DNA of 63,886 nucleotides, the filler included, from Acidimicrobiia bacterium (GTDB lineage: Bacteria; Actinomycetota; Acidimicrobiia; Spongiisociales; JAHEDJ01): NCBI GenBank assembly GCA_029210695.1. It is 3 parts of 3 records of this genome, joined end to end, with 100 filler letters (N's around TTAATTAATTAA, not from the genome) between each part and the next. Parts side by side here need not be neighbours in the genome. Positions count along the whole stretch, not along the records: positions 23,728 to 47,079 come from JARGFH010000055.1; 2 more parts are not named here. One strand, given 5' to 3'. Of the stretch, positions 28,828-38,492 are shown in pieces. The notes below the pieces were generated by a model. That model saw nothing but the letters and a program-made list of their open reading frames with translations. It searched no databases and was not told where the DNA came from. A program made the position numbers and the translations under genes. Position 1 is the stretch's first letter. Every line of letters starts with the position of its first letter.

Positions 28828-28914
28828 GGTTCTAGGTCATGAGTTCTAGGTTCTGCGTGTCTCCGAGCTGACAGGGACCGGAGAATCAGAACCTACAACC
28901 CAGAACTCAGAACC
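28828..28914. repeat. Palindromic heptamer element, copy 2
   Basis: ggttcta ggtcatg agttcta ggttctg ... cagaacc tacaacc cagaact cagaacc. Confidence 0.7.
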
Positions 28915-28949
28915 TGAGGTCGCGATAACGGATACCGGCGCTTCGTCTT

Positions 28950-29579
28950 CTAGAGGCTGAAGCTCTCTCCCCAGGAGAGCGGTACGAACTCGATACCGGA
29001 TTTGGCCAAAACGTTCTTTGCCATGCCGTTGATCCAGCTGCGTCCTAGTTCGCTCAGGTAGAAGTCATGGATTGGGATCGCCTGCCGAGGGGCAAGTCGT
29101 CGGGCGAACTCCATCGACGCAGTCGTGGAACCCCAAGGGATGAGCAGCGGCAATGCCAGAACCGGTGCCGAAGTGGTGAGTTGGTAGCTGTCTCCAGGGT
29201 GCGTGAGAACACCGGCCACCGTAAACGCCCGATTTGGTGGTGCTGTTCCCATCGGAGTGGTCTCATGAAGGACATCTTCATGACTGACGCCGGTCGGGTC
29301 TTCGGTTATCACCGCTATCTCGTGGGGGGCCAGCAAGTCGGCCACGGCCTGATTGGAATACATGGTGACGTCGGTGCCGCGGTCTATGAGCCAAGCCAAG
29401 AACTCGGGCTTCACGTGGTCGCCGTGTTCATGGGTGATCAGGACCCGCTGAATGTCGCCGAGCGATTTGAGATCGAACTCTCCAGTGTCGAACGTGTGGA
29501 AACCGGGGTCGAACAGAGTCGTGCCTGCGTCCGTCGTGACGGTGAGGCAAGAGTCGGTGAGGCGTCGAATGGTGGTCAT
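28950..29579 (-). CDS. MBL fold metallo-hydrolase
   Basis: DPG, THEHGDH, HPGDS, PIHD motifs. Confidence 0.88.
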   Translation of the reverse strand: MTTIRRLTDSCLTVTTDAGTTLFDPGFHTFDTGEFDLKSLGDIQRVLITHEHGDHVKPEFLAWLIDRGTDVTMYSNQAVADLLAPHEIAVITEDPTGVSHEDVLHETTPMGTAPPNRAFTVAGVLTHPGDSYQLTTSAPVLALPLLIPWGSTTASMEFARRLAPRQAIPIHDFYLSELGRSWINGMAKNVLAKSGIEFVPLSWGESFSL

Positions 29580-29597
29580 GAGTTGCGACCCTACTTG

Positions 29598-30119
29598 CTA
29601 GTTGAGGATTTCGGCCGTGAAACGCTCGATCGTGACCTTGCTTCCCGGACTCAGTCCCGCTTTGCGAGTGGCGAGCTCCAGCTGTCGTTCCGGGCTATCG
29701 ATACCCGGAATGGCGGGTAATAGAAGTCCGCGCCGTCCGCCGCGTCCGGTGACGATGACGCCGTACGTCTCCGGGTCGAGATCTTGGGGACCGTCGACAG
29801 CCTCCGGTGGATCGAGCAGGTACACCGTCACGTCGAGATCCTCCACCTCGTCACGGCGCAGCGGCGGAAACCTGGGATCGGCGGTTGCCGATGAGACTGC
29901 CGCCCCGGCGACTTCCTTCGCCAGCGACCCCGGCCTGAGATCGAGCCGGCCGATGCACCCTCTGAGTTCGCCATCGACTCCGCTGATCGACGGTTTGTGC
30001 AAAGAGACGAATACACCCCACGGTGCCCGGTCTGTTTCGACGGTGGGCGCAGTTCTCGTTTCCCCGGCGACATGAGTTCTGATCGCGTTCCGGGCCACCT
30101 CGACGAGCGGATGTGCCAT
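29598..30119 (-). CDS. amrA: AmmeMemoRadiSam system protein A (AMMECR1 family)
   Basis: GVFVSL, LRGCIG, DPRFPPL, GLLLP motifs. Confidence 0.92.
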   Translation of the reverse strand: MAHPLVEVARNAIRTHVAGETRTAPTVETDRAPWGVFVSLHKPSISGVDGELRGCIGRLDLRPGSLAKEVAGAAVSSATADPRFPPLRRDEVEDLDVTVYLLDPPEAVDGPQDLDPETYGVIVTGRGGRRGLLLPAIPGIDSPERQLELATRKAGLSPGSKVTIERFTAEILN

Positions 30120-30159
30120 CTTTGAATCATGCCACAGGGTGGCGGCGTAGGGTGAGTGT

Positions 30160-30948
30160 ATGGAGATGACGGTGCGGCCGCCGGCAGTGGCAGGGAGCTT
30201 CTATCGCGGCACCGAGGATCGTCTCCGCAACGCGGTCCGGGACATGCTGCGGGCAGCCCATCCAGTCGAGCCCGGAGTCTCGCCGCGAATGGTGATCGTG
30301 CCGCACGCCGGCCACATTTACTCGGGGCCGGTTGCAGCCGTCGCCTACAGGCTGCTGGGCCGGGAGCTTCCGGCGCGAATCGGGCTCATCGGACCCTCCC
30401 ATTTCGTGGGTTTCGCAGGACTGGCGGCCCCGGCACATGGGGCAATGGCGACGCCGCTGGGAACGATCCCGGCCGACTCTGTCCTTGGCGAACTTGTCGA
30501 CGGTGCGCTTGCGCACCGCTCCGAACTGGCTCACCTGCGCGAACACTCGTTGGAGGTGCAGCTTCCGTTTCTCCAGGTGCTGTTGGAGGACTTCACCGTT
30601 GCGCCGCTCCTCACCGGCGACGAGGATCCCGGGCCGGCCGCCCGGGCCGTCTCCACCATGCTTGACGCCGGTCTGTTCATCGTGGTGAGTTCCGATTTGT
30701 CGCACTACCACGACCACGAAACGGCCCAACGCCTCGACCGGGTTACTGCTCAGACCATCGTCGATCTGCGCGAATCCGAACTCGATCGGTTCAGCGCCTG
30801 CGGAAGGACGGCGGTGCGAGGAGTGCTGCGGGTCGCCGCCGATCGCGGGTGGGGTTGCGAACTCCTCGACCTCCGTACGTCGTGCGACACCGCCGGATCG
30901 CCCGATCGTGTCGTTGGCTACGGCGCCTTCGCGCTCGGCCCGGCCTGA
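30160..30948 (+). CDS. amrB: AmmeMemoRadiSam system protein B (Memo family)
   Basis: RPPAVAGSFY, PHAG.IYSG, GPSH, EHSLEVQLPFL, SSDLSHY, VVGYGA motifs. Confidence 0.93.
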   Translation: MEMTVRPPAVAGSFYRGTEDRLRNAVRDMLRAAHPVEPGVSPRMVIVPHAGHIYSGPVAAVAYRLLGRELPARIGLIGPSHFVGFAGLAAPAHGAMATPLGTIPADSVLGELVDGALAHRSELAHLREHSLEVQLPFLQVLLEDFTVAPLLTGDEDPGPAARAVSTMLDAGLFIVVSSDLSHYHDHETAQRLDRVTAQTIVDLRESELDRFSACGRTAVRGVLRVAADRGWGCELLDLRTSCDTAGSPDRVVGYGAFALGPA

Positions 30949-30969
30949 CGATCCGGTGTGGGCCGGATC

Positions 30970-32034
30970 TCAGCGGGCACTGAGGCGGACTGGTAGACGC
31001 CGCGATCCCCACGATCCCGGCGTCGGTTCAAACACTCCGGAGCAGGCGGTCCCGCACCTATCGCACCGCCCCTGCTCGTCGAGGTTCCACGCACCCAGCT
31101 TGTACCAGTCACGCTCGATGAGCACCGATCCACACTGGTGGCACCGGGTGGCTTGGCCGCTCGGGTCGTGGACGTTGCCGGTGTAGACGTATTGCTCTCC
31201 GTTGTCGATGGCAATCGCCCTCGCCCTAGTCAGCGTCGGGGCCGGCGTCGACGGGCGGTCCATCATCTTGAAGTCGGGATGAAAGGCAGTGAAGTGATGG
31301 GGGATGTCGGAGCCGAGATTCGCAACGATCCAACGAGTCATCTCATTGAGCTCCGCCTCCGAATCGTTGAGATCGGGGATCAGGAGCGTGGTGATTTCGA
31401 ACCAGACATCGGTCTCGTGACGAACGTAACTGAGCGTGTCGAGGACCGGCGCCAGGCTTCCGGCGCAGGTTCGATGATAGAAATCCTCCGTGAACGCCTT
31501 GAGGTCGATGTTGGCGGCATCCATGTGGTCGTAGAACTCCCGGCGCGGGGCGGGATTGACGTAGCCGGCCGTGACCGCCACGGTCTTGATGCTCCGCTCC
31601 CGGCAGGCCTCCGCCACGTCGATCGCGTACTCGTGGAAGATGACCGGATCGTTATAGGTGAACGCAACGCTCCGGCAGTCGAGGTCGGCCGCCACCTCGG
31701 CGATCCTTTCAGGTGATGCCTCATCGGCCAGCACGTCATTGTGCTTTGCCTTGGAGATGTCCCAGTTCTGACAGAAGCGGCAGGCCAGGTTGCATCCGGC
31801 CGTGCCGAACGAGAGCACGGGTGTGCCGGGCAGGAAGTGGTTGAGGGGCTTCTTCTCGATCGGATCTACGCAGAATCCCGAAGAACGTCCATAGGTCGTG
31901 AGCACGATCCGGTCGTGGTCCCTGGCTCGCACGTAGCAGAGACCCCGCTGCCCTTCTCGCAGTTTGCAGAAACGCGGGCAGAGGTCGCATTGCACGCGTC
32001 CGTCCTCGAGCGCGTGCCAGTACTTCGTCTGCAC
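30970..32034 (-). CDS. amrS: AmmeMemoRadiSam radical SAM enzyme
   Basis: CDLCPRFC, DPIEKKPL, CNLACRFCQN (CxxxCxxC), YTGNV; GTG start at 32034. Confidence 0.95.
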   Translation of the reverse strand: MQTKYWHALEDGRVQCDLCPRFCKLREGQRGLCYVRARDHDRIVLTTYGRSSGFCVDPIEKKPLNHFLPGTPVLSFGTAGCNLACRFCQNWDISKAKHNDVLADEASPERIAEVAADLDCRSVAFTYNDPVIFHEYAIDVAEACRERSIKTVAVTAGYVNPAPRREFYDHMDAANIDLKAFTEDFYHRTCAGSLAPVLDTLSYVRHETDVWFEITTLLIPDLNDSEAELNEMTRWIVANLGSDIPHHFTAFHPDFKMMDRPSTPAPTLTRARAIAIDNGEQYVYTGNVHDPSGQATRCHQCGSVLIERDWYKLGAWNLDEQGRCDRCGTACSGVFEPTPGSWGSRRLPVRLSAR

Positions 32035-32206
32035 GTTCGCTTCTCGTTCCGTGGGGGTGATGGGTCCACCTCCTCTCGTACGTCTCAGTGTCGCGCAAAA
32101 TGTGGCCGGACGCCCGTGAACACGATTCGCGCTCTTCTGCTTCACCCGCCCGGTTCTCGGGAGGTGGTCGCCGAGGTGCTCGCACTCGAATCGTCGCCGG
32201 TGGCCT

Positions 32207-33307
32207 CTACCAGTCCTCGTCGGAGATATCGGGGGGCGCCACTGTTGGCCGGCGCGCCGACTCGCGCGTGCTTCGTTTGGCGGTCTGACGTTCCAGCCGG
32301 CCGAGTTCACCGTCGAGGTCGCGGTAGCTATCCAGCCGCCGTTCCTCGAGCCGACCGGACTCCACCGCCTCTCTGACTGCGCAGTCGGGCTCGTTGGTGT
32401 GCCGGCAGTCGCGGAATCTGCAGGAGGCGGCAAGGGAGGTGATGTCGTCAAATGCACTCGCGAGCCCTTGTCGGGAGCCCCAGACACCGACCTCACGCAA
32501 GCCGGGCGTGTCGATCAACACACCTCCGCTCGCCAGGGGGATCAGATCCCTGGACGTCGTCGTGTGTTTGCCTTTGCCGTCTCCACGCCGGGTATCTCCC
32601 GTGGATTGAACCTCGTCACCGGCCAGTCGATTGACGAGACTCGACTTCCCGGTCCCGGAAGCACCGATGAGCGCCACGGTGGTCCCCGGCCCGATCAGCG
32701 AGTCGAGCCGGTCAATGCCTTCACCTGTGACGTTGCTGACGGGCAGCACTTCGACACCGGGGGCGAGTTCCTCGAGTTCGAAAACGGTGTCGTCCACATA
32801 GTTGCGTTCGACGAGGTCCAGCTTGGTGAGCACCAGGAGCGGCCGCGCTCCGCTCTCCCATGCAATCACCAGGAACCGTTCGATTCGCCCGGGTTGGACC
32901 GGCCGATCGAGTCCGTGGACGATGCCGACCCGATCGAGATTGGCTGCCAGAACCTGAACGGTCGGACGCCCATCCCCGGCCGATGGGTCGCTCCGAAGGA
33001 TCGCCGTGCGGCGCGGAAGGATTGCCTCGACGACCTCACCCTCGTCCGGATCCGGGCGGACTACGACCCAATCGCCGGTGATCGGAGTTCCGGATTCGGC
33101 GCCGGAAGGGGTTTCGTCGCGGGACATCGGCACCCTGGTTGTTCCGCGCCGGATGGCCACCAATGAGCTGCCACGGTCCACGCGCAACACCCGGCCCGGG
33201 AGACGGTCTGGTCCATCGAATTCGCGGTAGAGGGCTGCGATCGCTTCGTTCCAGCCGAGCCGGACGAGGGGGTCGCCGGCGGATGTGTGGGGCGGCGATG
33301 ATTGCAT
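32207..33307 (-). CDS. rsgA: Ribosome small subunit-dependent GTPase A
   Basis: Circularly permuted TKLD, GASGTGKS, HTT, DTPG; CRFRDCRH..EPDC Zn site; GGAG RBS before ATG 33307. Confidence 0.93.
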   Translation of the reverse strand: MQSSPPHTSAGDPLVRLGWNEAIAALYREFDGPDRLPGRVLRVDRGSSLVAIRRGTTRVPMSRDETPSGAESGTPITGDWVVVRPDPDEGEVVEAILPRRTAILRSDPSAGDGRPTVQVLAANLDRVGIVHGLDRPVQPGRIERFLVIAWESGARPLLVLTKLDLVERNYVDDTVFELEELAPGVEVLPVSNVTGEGIDRLDSLIGPGTTVALIGASGTGKSSLVNRLAGDEVQSTGDTRRGDGKGKHTTTSRDLIPLASGGVLIDTPGLREVGVWGSRQGLASAFDDITSLAASCRFRDCRHTNEPDCAVREAVESGRLEERRLDSYRDLDGELGRLERQTAKRSTRESARRPTVAPPDISDEDW

Positions 33308-33357
33308 GTGTTCGTACTCCTGGGAATGAGGGTACTCCGACAAGAAAGACGCGCCGT

Positions 33358-33426
33358 TCAGACGGCGACGGGCGAGTGGAGCACCCGGTGAACGTTGTGC
33401 AGCAGTGGGGCGGGGGTGGTTCTCAT
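33358..33426 (-). CDS. Putative 22-aa leader peptide upstream of rsgA
   Basis: AAAGGAG RBS, then ATG: MRTTPAPLLHNVHRVLHSPVAV; ends 50 nt before the rsgA start. Confidence 0.5.
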   Translation of the reverse strand: MRTTPAPLLHNVHRVLHSPVAV

Positions 33427-33672
33427 TGGGTTCTCCTTTCTCGCTCGTGATTCCGGCAGCATATCGGAGCCGCCCGGCCGCCGAAAGGGGTCATTGACTA
33501 GTCCGTTCATCGTTGGCGCTCCGGGACTACGGGCTCCGCGCGCGGTCTTTCGCCTCTGGTATCGCGGCTTCGATAGGCGCATCGTGGGGTTTGGAAGGGG
33601 CTGTCCGCTCGGCACGCGCCGCGCGGTCGATCTCTTCTGCATTGACCCGACGGGGAGGAACCTGAAGGAGTC

Positions 33673-36600
33673 ATGCAAATGAGAAGGGGCAAGCTGCTGA
33701 TTGTGGCCGTGATCGTGGCCATGTTCATCCCGACCGCCGCGCTGGCCAAACCGCCTGCGGTTCCGGCTGGTCATGACGTTGAGATCACGCTGCTGCATAC
33801 AAACGACTTTCACGGTCGACTCGAGGCCGACTCGAGCGGCCGGGGCGGCTCGGCCAACATCGCCGGTGTCGTCAACAGCATCAGGGCGGATGTTGGAGCC
33901 GGCAACGTTGCTTTGCTGGACGCCGGAGATGTGTACTTTGCGGCGCCGGCAATCTCCCAACTCCTGATGGGGGAGAGCACTATCGATGTCTACAACATGT
34001 TGGGATATGACGTCGCTACATTCGGCAACCACGAGTTCGACAAAGGTCAACTCGAGTTGGCCGACCGAGTCGCCCAGTCTGATTTCCCCTGGTTGGGTGC
34101 CAACGTCGTGCTGGCAAGCACGGATTGGGATCTTCCGGAATGGGCTCAGCCGTACGAGCTGCTCGAAGTCGGCGGGATCACGCTCGGCATCCTCGGCCTG
34201 GCCGGCGAGGAGACACCTGAGGTAACGCTGCTGGGTACCACGGCTGGTCTGGTCTTCAAAGATCTGACTGAAACGATCGAGTACTACTACGACGAGGTGA
34301 TGGCGCAAGCCGACGCCATGGTTGTGCTGGTGCACATGGGCACTGCAGATAGCGGACCGTACAAGGGCCTCACGACTGTGGCCCAGGAACTCATCGACGC
34401 CGGCAAGCCGGTCGACCTGATGATCGGCGGCCACCAGCACCAAAGACTGGATGCGCCTGTGTACGTTGGTGAGACGGCCATCGTGTCCGCCGGTTACTAC
34501 GGGCGGTGGTTGGGCCAGGTGGACGTATCCATCAACACCGCCACCAAGAAGCTGACGGTCGATTCCTATCAGCTCCATACGATCCTCGAGGAATCCTCCG
34601 TTTCGAAGCTCATGGCCTCGGTCCAGGGCCTCTATGACGACGGCGAGATCATCGGCAAGGGCGTGCTCAACAGCCTGCTCAAGAAACTCGGAAATGCACA
34701 GACCGCCCTCACCCGTGACAACGGAAGAGTTGCAGGCAATCTCCTGAAGGCATTCATCAACGAGGTGACCGCGCAACGCGGGAAGGCCATCAGCGCGGAG
34801 GCGGCAGACTCGTTGCTCGCCGATGCGAGTTGGATACTTGCCAACACAGACCTAGACGTGGCCGCCAGAGTGGCCTACTGGGCCGACGTAGTCGCGCCGA
34901 TTGTCAATCAACCCGTTATCGAATCCAACATCGACCTGACCCGTGACTACAACGGCGAATCGCTCATCGGAGACATCGTCACCGATTCCATGCTGTGGAA
35001 GGCCGACGAGTACGACGACGGCGAGGTCAACGGTTCGGTGGATATAGCGTTCACCAATCCCGGTGGTTTGCGGGCGGACATCGTGAACCCAGGGGGGACG
35101 TACCCCTTCACGGTCACCTGGGGCAACACTTTCGACGTGCTGCCGTTTGGCAACACCCTGTACATGATGGACCTGACCGGAGCGCAGATCCAGACTCTGC
35201 TCGACCAGTCGGCCAACCTGTATAAGGGAATTCTGCAGACGTCGGGTGCCGGCTGGTACTGGTACAACGATTGCGGGTGCAACACGCCGACGGCCTGGGG
35301 CGCGTACGGAGTCGAAATCGACGGTGCCCCGCTCGAGCGGGACACGGTCTACCGGGTGGTGACCAACAACTTCCTGGCCGGTGGTCAGGACGGTTGGACG
35401 ACCTTTGCAGCCGGCATCAATCGGTGGGATACCTACTACGACATGCAGCAGGGTCTGGTGGAGTACCTGGGGACCCTAGGCGATGGTGTCATCGACGCCG
35501 AGGACGTCCCGATGGATCGGATCATCCGTCTCGACGACGTCGTCACGATGCTGCACACCAACGACACGCACGGCAGTTGGGCGGCCGACTCCTACGGCGG
35601 TGGTTTCGCCTATCTGGCCGATCTGATCAAGAAGGAACGGGCGCACAATCCGAACGTACTTCTGCTGGAGGCAGGGGACACGTTTCAGGGGAATTCGTTC
35701 GCCTACTTCTTCAAGGATCGACTCGACAATCCGATCGCCGGAGGTTTGAACTTCCTCAATTACGACGTCATGACGTTGGGCAATCATGAGTTCAATTTCG
35801 GACCGGCGACCTTCGCAACCATGTTGGGCCAGGTCGACTTCCCGATCCTGGGCACGGTCAATCTGGACGACGACGGATCGTACGGGTTCATCAACGACCA
35901 CGTTGATGACTACATCAACCTGGTCGTCAACGGCAAGAAAGTGACCATCTTCGGGCTCACAAACCCGCGGGTATACCGGTACGAACTACCGACCAATATT
36001 CCAGGTCTGACCTTCTATCCGACAGACCAGGACAATCCGGACGCGATTGACCTACCAGGACTGATCGCGAATATCCAGACGAACGAAATGCCCGACCTTC
36101 TGGTTGGGTTGACCCACGTTGGTTACACACCGTACGGCGATGAGGTCGACAGCGACCTGAAGATCGCCGAGCAGGTATCCGGTGTTGACGTGCTCATAGG
36201 AGGGCACAGCCACTCGTTGATCAACCCGGCGGTTATGGTGTCTTCCGGGGCGAATCCCGACGGAACGCTGATCGCTCAGGCCCGGCGCTACGCCGGATAC
36301 CTGGGGCAGGTCAATGTCGGCTTCGTCGGCGACGAGATTGTCCTCCGCGAGGGGTTCCTGATTCCGACCAGTGAGGCGACGCCCGAACCCGGATTGAGCG
36401 CATATCTGGAGCCGTTCTTGGCTGAGATCGATGCGTACAACGCTACGGTCATCGGACAGACGGAAGTCCCGATCGATGCACTCCAGGCGTACACCCAAGA
36501 GACCAACGGCGCCAATCTGCAGGCGGACGCAGCGATCTGGGAGCTGTCCGACAAGGAAGGAGTCACACCGGACCTCCACCTTTCCGGCGCGATGTCGAAC

Positions 36601-37137
36601 CGCAAGGTGGCCGACGGAGCAACGCCGACCACACCGGCAACCTTGACCAAGGGCGACATGTTCAACCTGATGCCGTATGAGAACTCTCTCGTGGTGCTCT
36701 CGATGAACGGCCCGCAGATCAAGGAGGTCCTCGAGCGGGGCTACCGGAACTACTGGTTCTACAAGTACGATCCCGGCTACGGCGGCTATTCGCACTACAC
36801 AACCTGCATGCTGACCACGGATGCCGGCAACGTGATCACCTACAACGATCCAGGCGCAGGTACGCCACCGGATGGCAATAACGTCCTGTCGTTGAGCATC
36901 GATGGCAATCCCGTCGATCTCTCCGATGCCGGAACCTTCTATCTGGTGTCGACGGTCAATTACGTGGCTGCGGGATCGTGCAATTTCAACAACGCCGGCG
37001 ACACGATTTGGCCACTCGATCAGATCGCCTACGACACCCAGTTGTATGTGCGTGACTCGGTGATCAATTATGTGAACGCTCAAGTCGGGCCGATCGCGCC
37101 TGCGATCGAAGGGAGGCTGGTGTTCACGACACCGTGA
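33673..37137 (+). CDS. Secreted tandem 5'-nucleotidase/UDP-sugar hydrolase with a FIMAH-like insert
   Basis: Signal peptide; two sets of HTNDxHG, AGD, GNHEF, GGHxH plus two 5'-NT C-terminal domains (LPFGN, MPYEN). Confidence 0.9.
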   Translation: MQMRRGKLLIVAVIVAMFIPTAALAKPPAVPAGHDVEITLLHTNDFHGRLEADSSGRGGSANIAGVVNSIRADVGAGNVALLDAGDVYFAAPAISQLLMGESTIDVYNMLGYDVATFGNHEFDKGQLELADRVAQSDFPWLGANVVLASTDWDLPEWAQPYELLEVGGITLGILGLAGEETPEVTLLGTTAGLVFKDLTETIEYYYDEVMAQADAMVVLVHMGTADSGPYKGLTTVAQELIDAGKPVDLMIGGHQHQRLDAPVYVGETAIVSAGYYGRWLGQVDVSINTATKKLTVDSYQLHTILEESSVSKLMASVQGLYDDGEIIGKGVLNSLLKKLGNAQTALTRDNGRVAGNLLKAFINEVTAQRGKAISAEAADSLLADASWILANTDLDVAARVAYWADVVAPIVNQPVIESNIDLTRDYNGESLIGDIVTDSMLWKADEYDDGEVNGSVDIAFTNPGGLRADIVNPGGTYPFTVTWGNTFDVLPFGNTLYMMDLTGAQIQTLLDQSANLYKGILQTSGAGWYWYNDCGCNTPTAWGAYGVEIDGAPLERDTVYRVVTNNFLAGGQDGWTTFAAGINRWDTYYDMQQGLVEYLGTLGDGVIDAEDVPMDRIIRLDDVVTMLHTNDTHGSWAADSYGGGFAYLADLIKKERAHNPNVLLLEAGDTFQGNSFAYFFKDRLDNPIAGGLNFLNYDVMTLGNHEFNFGPATFATMLGQVDFPILGTVNLDDDGSYGFINDHVDDYINLVVNGKKVTIFGLTNPRVYRYELPTNIPGLTFYPTDQDNPDAIDLPGLIANIQTNEMPDLLVGLTHVGYTPYGDEVDSDLKIAEQVSGVDVLIGGHSHSLINPAVMVSSGANPDGTLIAQARRYAGYLGQVNVGFVGDEIVLREGFLIPTSEATPEPGLSAYLEPFLAEIDAYNATVIGQTEVPIDALQAYTQETNGANLQADAAIWELSDKEGVTPDLHLSGAMSNRKVADGATPTTPATLTKGDMFNLMPYENSLVVLSMNGPQIKEVLERGYRNYWFYKYDPGYGGYSHYTTCMLTTDAGNVITYNDPGAGTPPDGNNVLSLSIDGNPVDLSDAGTFYLVSTVNYVAAGSCNFNNAGDTIWPLDQIAYDTQLYVRDSVINYVNAQVGPIAPAIEGRLVFTTP

Positions 37138-37162
37138 CCCGACGGGATCACGGGTAATGGGC

Positions 37163-37190
37163 GAGGAGCCCCGCCCCGGCGGGGCTCCTC
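37163..37190. terminator. Hairpin between convergent genes
   Basis: GAGGAGCCCCGCC / GGCGGGGCTCCTC, 13-bp stem. Confidence 0.65.
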
Positions 37191-37191
37191 C

Positions 37192-38427
37192 TTAATCCCC
37201 GTTTTCGCGCGGGGATCCCCCCCTATACGGTGGGAATCCCGCGCGAGAACGGGTTTTGTGTTGCCAGAGGAGGGCCAGCAGGGTGGCGACTCCAAAGGTG
37301 AGCAACGCGCCCCACAGGCCCGATCCGTAGGAACCCTGCCGGTCGACCGACCAGCCGAGAATCGGTGGCCCGAGGCCGAGGCCGGCCAGGAACCCGAACA
37401 GCACCACACCCGAGGCCCCGCCGGACCGCTCATGACCGGCCATTTCCATCACGGCCAGCATTCCCACCGCGTTCCATGCGGTCGCTGAGGCACTGAGACC
37501 CAGGGCACCCACCCACAACAGCCACGCGCCACCCTTCGGGGCGGCCAGGAGCGCGCCGGCAAACACGACCGACAGGCCGGCTATCTGGATCAATGATCTG
37601 ATGTAGTCGGACGTTCGTTCGCTGTGACGGGCCCACAGGATCCGCGAGAAGAAGGCGACCAACCCTGCGAGGCCGGCGACCGACCCGGCCACCGCCACCG
37701 AGAGGCCAATCTCCTCCTCGCCGTACAAAGGGATGTAGGTGTTGACTGCCCCTCCGGCGAGTCCCATGAGGAATCCGAAAGCAGTCAGCCACAGCACCGG
37801 CGCCGACCACACCACGCGCGACGGGGTCTGCCGGGCCGGATCGTGGGCCGGATCCGGAGGGACGATCAGACGGATCCCGCCGAGCATGAGGAGCGAGATG
37901 CCGGCGGCGATCGCCATCGTGGTGCGCCATCCCCAGGCGAGCGCCCCGGCCGGCAGCAGCATGCCGGCCAGGAATACTCCAACCTGGACACCCGATTGCT
38001 TGACTCCCGTCACCGCCCCTCTGCGACCCAGGGGGATGTGAACCGAAATGAGCTTGTTGGTGCCCGGGTTCGCGGAAGCCTGGCCGGTACCGGTCAGAAT
38101 CCCTGCTGCGACTAGCCAGAGAAAAGATGGTGCGACCGCTACTGCCAGAAGGCCCACCCCGCTGATGACGAAGATTCCCGTCAGTGTCCTGCGACCTCCG
38201 ATCCGGTCGGTCAGTCGCCCGATACTCGGCGAAGCGATTGCGCCGACCACCGAGAACGCTGCCACGATCCAGCCGAACTCAGCCCGGGTGAGCGATAGGT
38301 CGTCGATGATGAACCTGGCCAGGACGGCGAAGGCTGGTCCGGCAAAGGTCGCAGCAGCCATCGCCGCTGCCATCAGGACGGTGAACCTGGTCCGATTGAT
38401 TTCGCCTGCTTGTCGCCCGGTCATCAT
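37192..38427 (-). CDS. MFS transporter
   Basis: GRLTDRIGGRR motif A; about 12 TM helices. Confidence 0.9.
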   Translation of the reverse strand: MMTGRQAGEINRTRFTVLMAAAMAAATFAGPAFAVLARFIIDDLSLTRAEFGWIVAAFSVVGAIASPSIGRLTDRIGGRRTLTGIFVISGVGLLAVAVAPSFLWLVAAGILTGTGQASANPGTNKLISVHIPLGRRGAVTGVKQSGVQVGVFLAGMLLPAGALAWGWRTTMAIAAGISLLMLGGIRLIVPPDPAHDPARQTPSRVVWSAPVLWLTAFGFLMGLAGGAVNTYIPLYGEEEIGLSVAVAGSVAGLAGLVAFFSRILWARHSERTSDYIRSLIQIAGLSVVFAGALLAAPKGGAWLLWVGALGLSASATAWNAVGMLAVMEMAGHERSGGASGVVLFGFLAGLGLGPPILGWSVDRQGSYGSGLWGALLTFGVATLLALLWQHKTRSRAGFPPYRGGSPRENGD

Positions 38428-38492
38428 GGCGACCTTACCGGGCGTGGCGGCAGCCGAAACGCTATGGTGCTGCCCAACCGGGAGGAGACCCA

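Noticed and set aside
33358..34776. Long antisense ORFs (472 aa here; also 4190-5356, 40269-41396, 47650-48702, 60359-61573)
   Set aside because: Shadow frames of real genes in high-GC DNA with no recognisable motifs; only the last 22 codons of this one have their own RBS.
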